A model generated the notes under the pieces. The model worked only from the letters and a program-made list of their open reading frames with translations, made no database searches and had not been told where the DNA came from. The position numbers and the translations under genes are program-made. From assembly GCA_964016885.1 (NCBI GenBank), contig OZ024748.1, positions 60,388,001 through 60,452,000 of the forward strand: a stretch of DNA of 64,000 nucleotides. The letters run 5' to 3'. The stretch is from Eledone cirrhosa. Taxonomy: Eukaryota. Position 1 is the first letter of the stretch, and each line of letters begins with the position of its first letter. This document shows, piece after piece, positions 60,365 through 64,000 of the stretch.

Positions 60365-61544
60365 AATGACAACAATATCTGTTAGGCGAAATGAGTTAAA
60401 AATAGATATGAAGTTGGAAAAGAAGTCACCAAGAAAACCAAACAAAGAAATATACTTGAAATGTTAAAAGCTGAAGATGAAATGAAAAATTCTTAAAATA
60501 AGCAAAATGTATGGAGATAATGTCTGAAAGGAAACTTCTTTGCCTGAAGACTGTCTCAAAGAAAGATGGCGGAAAATGGAATGTAGGAGGAAGTTAAGAG
60601 ACAAAGAAGTCAGCTTGACGATGAAGTGTGTGGATATATGTGTGCTTTGGGGTGAATATTTGTGTATGTGTTTTTGTGTGTGTGTGTGAGTGTGTGTGTG
60701 TGGGGTGTGTGTGTGCGTGTGTGTGTGTTGTGTGTGAAAGTGTGTTTTTTTAATGTGTGTGTTTGTGTATGTATGTGTGGGTATCTGAATGTGTATGTGG
60801 AAAGTGTATGTGTGTAGGTGTTTGTGAAATGTGAATATGCACGAATATGTGTGTGTGAATGTGTGTGAGTGAATGTGTGTGTGTGGGTAAATTTGTGTGT
60901 CTGTGAGAGTGAGAGTGAATGTATGTGTGTTTATATTTGTCTGTGTATATGTGTGTATCTGTGTGTGTGGATACGAGATAATGTAGGTTTGGGATTGTTG
61001 TCGATGAATGAAATATTTTTGTGTATGTATGTGTGTCTATGTGTCTATATATATGTGTGTCTATATATGTATGTCTATATATGTGGGCCAGTGTGACTGT
61101 ATGTCGGTGTGTGTCTGCCAGTGTGTCTGTATATATATGTGTGCCAGTGTGTCTGTCTGTCTATATATGTGCGGTTGTGTCTGTATGTGTGTACACGTGT
61201 GTCTATATTTATGTATGTGTATGTACAAGTGTACCTTTCTATGTTTGTATGTGTGTGCGTGTGTGCTAATGTGTGTCCATATGTGTGTGTGCCAGTGAGC
61301 TTCTGTGTCTATATGAGTGTGTATATATGTGTGCCAGTGTTTCTGTGTAATTCGATGATACACTTTATTGAACCTACAATGAAGTGTGGCTACATTAAGC
61401 TTTTCCAACCAGGCATTGCTGATAACCTTAGCGACCCCTATACTCCTTTGTCTCGCCAGTTGTAGGGGTAACAAAGAAAGTTGTCCAACAGTCTACCGAT
61501 ACAGCCAATCTACCGTGCTTATCATTATAATACTTCTCCTTCTC

Positions 61545-61790
61545 CTTCTACCTCTTCCTCTTCGCCTATTTATTCCTGATAAGGTCACGTGGACAGAGTC
61601 CTCAAATACTCCTTCCAGTGGGTCATATTAGAAGCAACAGTCTTCAACTGGTCCGGCTTTGATCACCAAGCCTGACCAGCCAAGCTCATGGATTTTATCC
61701 TACCATCCTGCTCGGGGAGGGGTCTACCATTTGGTTACTTGCTGGTTGGTTTTGCCCGTAAAGTCTGTCAACCGATTCTTTCCTGATACA
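61545..61790 (-). mobile_element. RTE-group 3' end remnant, same family as 58600-58865
   Basis: Reverse complement shares TTTACGGGCA, ATCCATGAG..GGCTGGTC, GTTGCTTCT, CTGGAA.GAGT.TTTGAG.ACTCT. Confidence 0.6.
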
Positions 61791-62091
61791 TTCTAACCAA
61801 GTCTCCATAATATCGGAGCTGTCGTCTCTCAATTATCCTTGTGATAATAATTTTGACTTATGTCGAAAACTTGGTATTTGGATTCGTTGTCATATTACTG
61901 AAGGTATCCTTTGTTAAATAATTCTAGGAGGTTATTGATGTCTATATTCCGTAGTTTAAATCAGATTTGGTTTTATTGGAAACTGGAATAAAGGAGAAGA
62001 CATTGCAAGGAAACTGTGCTGTCAACCATTAAAGCTAACCAAATTATCTTTATAATGGAAATTCAATTTGTTCCCCAGTTCTCTCAATATG

Positions 62092-62159
<68 letters not shown>

Positions 62160-62176
62160 GGGGGGGGGGGTGTGTC

Positions 62177-62217
<41 letters not shown>

Positions 62218-62383
62218 TATATATATATATATATATTTATATATATGTAGATATATACATTTATATAAATGTATATACGTATATATATATATACATATAT
62301 ATTATCTGTGTGTGTGTGTATACACACATATACATATATATATTGGTATGTATGTATATGTGTGTGTGGAGAGAGAGAGAGAG

Positions 62384-62464
<81 letters not shown>

Positions 62465-62810
62465 GAGATGAGATTAGAGTCTGTTATTAATACAGAAGAG
62501 ATTTAATAAACTAGATGATTTTTATATTGACATCAAATATATCTTATATGAAAACAAGATAGAGAGAAATTGAAAATCTAATGTTTAAAAAATCAGAACT
62601 ATATTTTAACATCATCATATGAGAATTGCTGAAGTCGTTAGAGTCTCTCCGGTTAAAGGCCTCGGTGTTTGTTCCAGCTCATTGCATTCTGAGTTCAAAT
62701 CCCACTGAGGTATACCTTGCATTTATTTATTTCAGAGTCGATAAAACATTACCAGTCCAGGGGAAGTGGATTGGTAACATTGGTGAAGAGTAGGACGTGA
62801 ATCTATGCGG

Positions 62811-63170
62811 TATTTAAGCTATGTCTCTTCGTTTTATGCTCGAATCACCTCAGCAATGGAATGAACAATGATGGAAACTTAGGCTCCTCGGCCCGATATG
62901 ACAATCGGCTTCGTTCCTTTGCTGTATTTAAGCCACTTCTCTTCGTTTTGTGTTTGAATCATGTCAGAAAATATTAGCAATGGAAAAAACAATGATGGAA
63001 TCAAAGCCTCCTTGGTCCGATATGACGATTGACTTTAGTCCTTTGCTATATTTAAGCCACGTCTGTCTGTAGGTATTCGAATCACGTCAGATAGTATTAG
63101 CAATGGAAAGAACATTGATGGAAACTTAGGCTCCTCGGTCCAATGTGACGATCGGCTTCGTCGCTTTTCT
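62811..63170. repeat. Three diverged ~115-125-bp tandem units
   Basis: TATTTAAGC..GAATCA..AGCAATGGAA..GATGGAA..CTCCT.GG.CC.AT.TGAC.AT.G.CTT occurs three times. Confidence 0.85.
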
Positions 63171-63499
63171 TTTATTTTTATGAGTATACGCATCTTTGTA
63201 GACGCAAACATCACTGAGTCGTTAAACAAATTCCCTTCGCAATCATGAGGTACCCGATTTGATCCAACTGCATACCGTCACAGTCAGGTGTCTTTAAGAC
63301 TATACTATACCATGTGGTTGACACAGAGCTTGTAAAACTGGGCAAAGAGAAACTATCTAAATGCTTATCGGGTAGATTGTAACCGCATGTTAGAGGTATA
63401 ACAATGCCTTATATTGACACAGGCGCATTTCATTGAGAATTACTGTAATAGCACACGTTACTGTGAAGCACAAGAAAACTTGTATAAATTTCTAAGTTA

Positions 63500-63935
63500 G
63501 GTAAAATGGCAATAAATTTAGGGGAAGGGTAAAATTGATTAAATCAACCCCAGTACTTTACTGGTACTGTATTATATCGAGCACGGAATAATGAAAAGCA
63601 AAGCTAACCTCGGCGGGATTCCATCTCAAATTATAAATAAAAGCCATAACAAATACTGAAAATATGCATCTTGTCGGACGCTCTACCAATTCGACCAGCC
63701 CACCACCTTTAACAGCGTGTAATATATTATATATATTGGTTTCTGGCTTAGGCAAAAGGCCAACAATTTTAGGGGAGGGGAATTAAATCGACTCCAGTGC
63801 ATTGCTGGTGCTTTATTTTATCGATCCCGGAACGAGGAAAAGCAAAACTGACCTCGTCGGGATTTAATCTCAAATTATAAAAAGCCATAACAAATATTGA
63901 TAATGCATTTTACCCGCCGCTACTATTTCGACTAA
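63500..63935 (-). mobile_element. Two older tandem SINE S1 long-variant copies
   Basis: CTGGTAC..TTATCGA..GAAA.GCAAA..ACCTCG.CGGGATT seen twice. Further decayed copies at about 9500-9620 and 62620-62760. Confidence 0.65.
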
Positions 63936-64000
63936 TTTACAACATTTAACAACGGGTAATATATTATATATTGAAAGATGAACTGCACCCGTAATTCAAA

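Overview
AT-rich animal non-coding DNA saturated with microsatellites ((TA)n, (CA)n, (GA)n, (CATA)n, (GATA)n, (TAA)n, (AAC)n). The repeat landscape suggests a cephalopod (octopus-like) genome; this is inference only. No host gene exon can be supported, and almost all ORF-track entries are simple-repeat artefacts. Real coding remnants are all retrotransposon-derived: two near-full-length but disabled R4/Dong-type non-LTR elements (RT plus restriction-like endonuclease; 23939-28070 and ~40860-44450), two Tx1/L1-type fragments, several RTE 3' ends, and a complete 610-bp bipartite non-autonomous RTE derivative with a 14-bp TSD. About 18 copies of one tRNA-derived SINE are present. The most notable pattern is a set of unrelated short fold-back elements lodged in (TA)n tracts, several carrying minimal type-I hammerhead ribozyme motifs (Penelope-like), including a U3-A8 core variant in two families. 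Different retroelement classes appear to sit in different microsatellites and nest in each other's tails. All alignments and RNA folds were done by eye, and boundaries are approximate unless a TSD is given.
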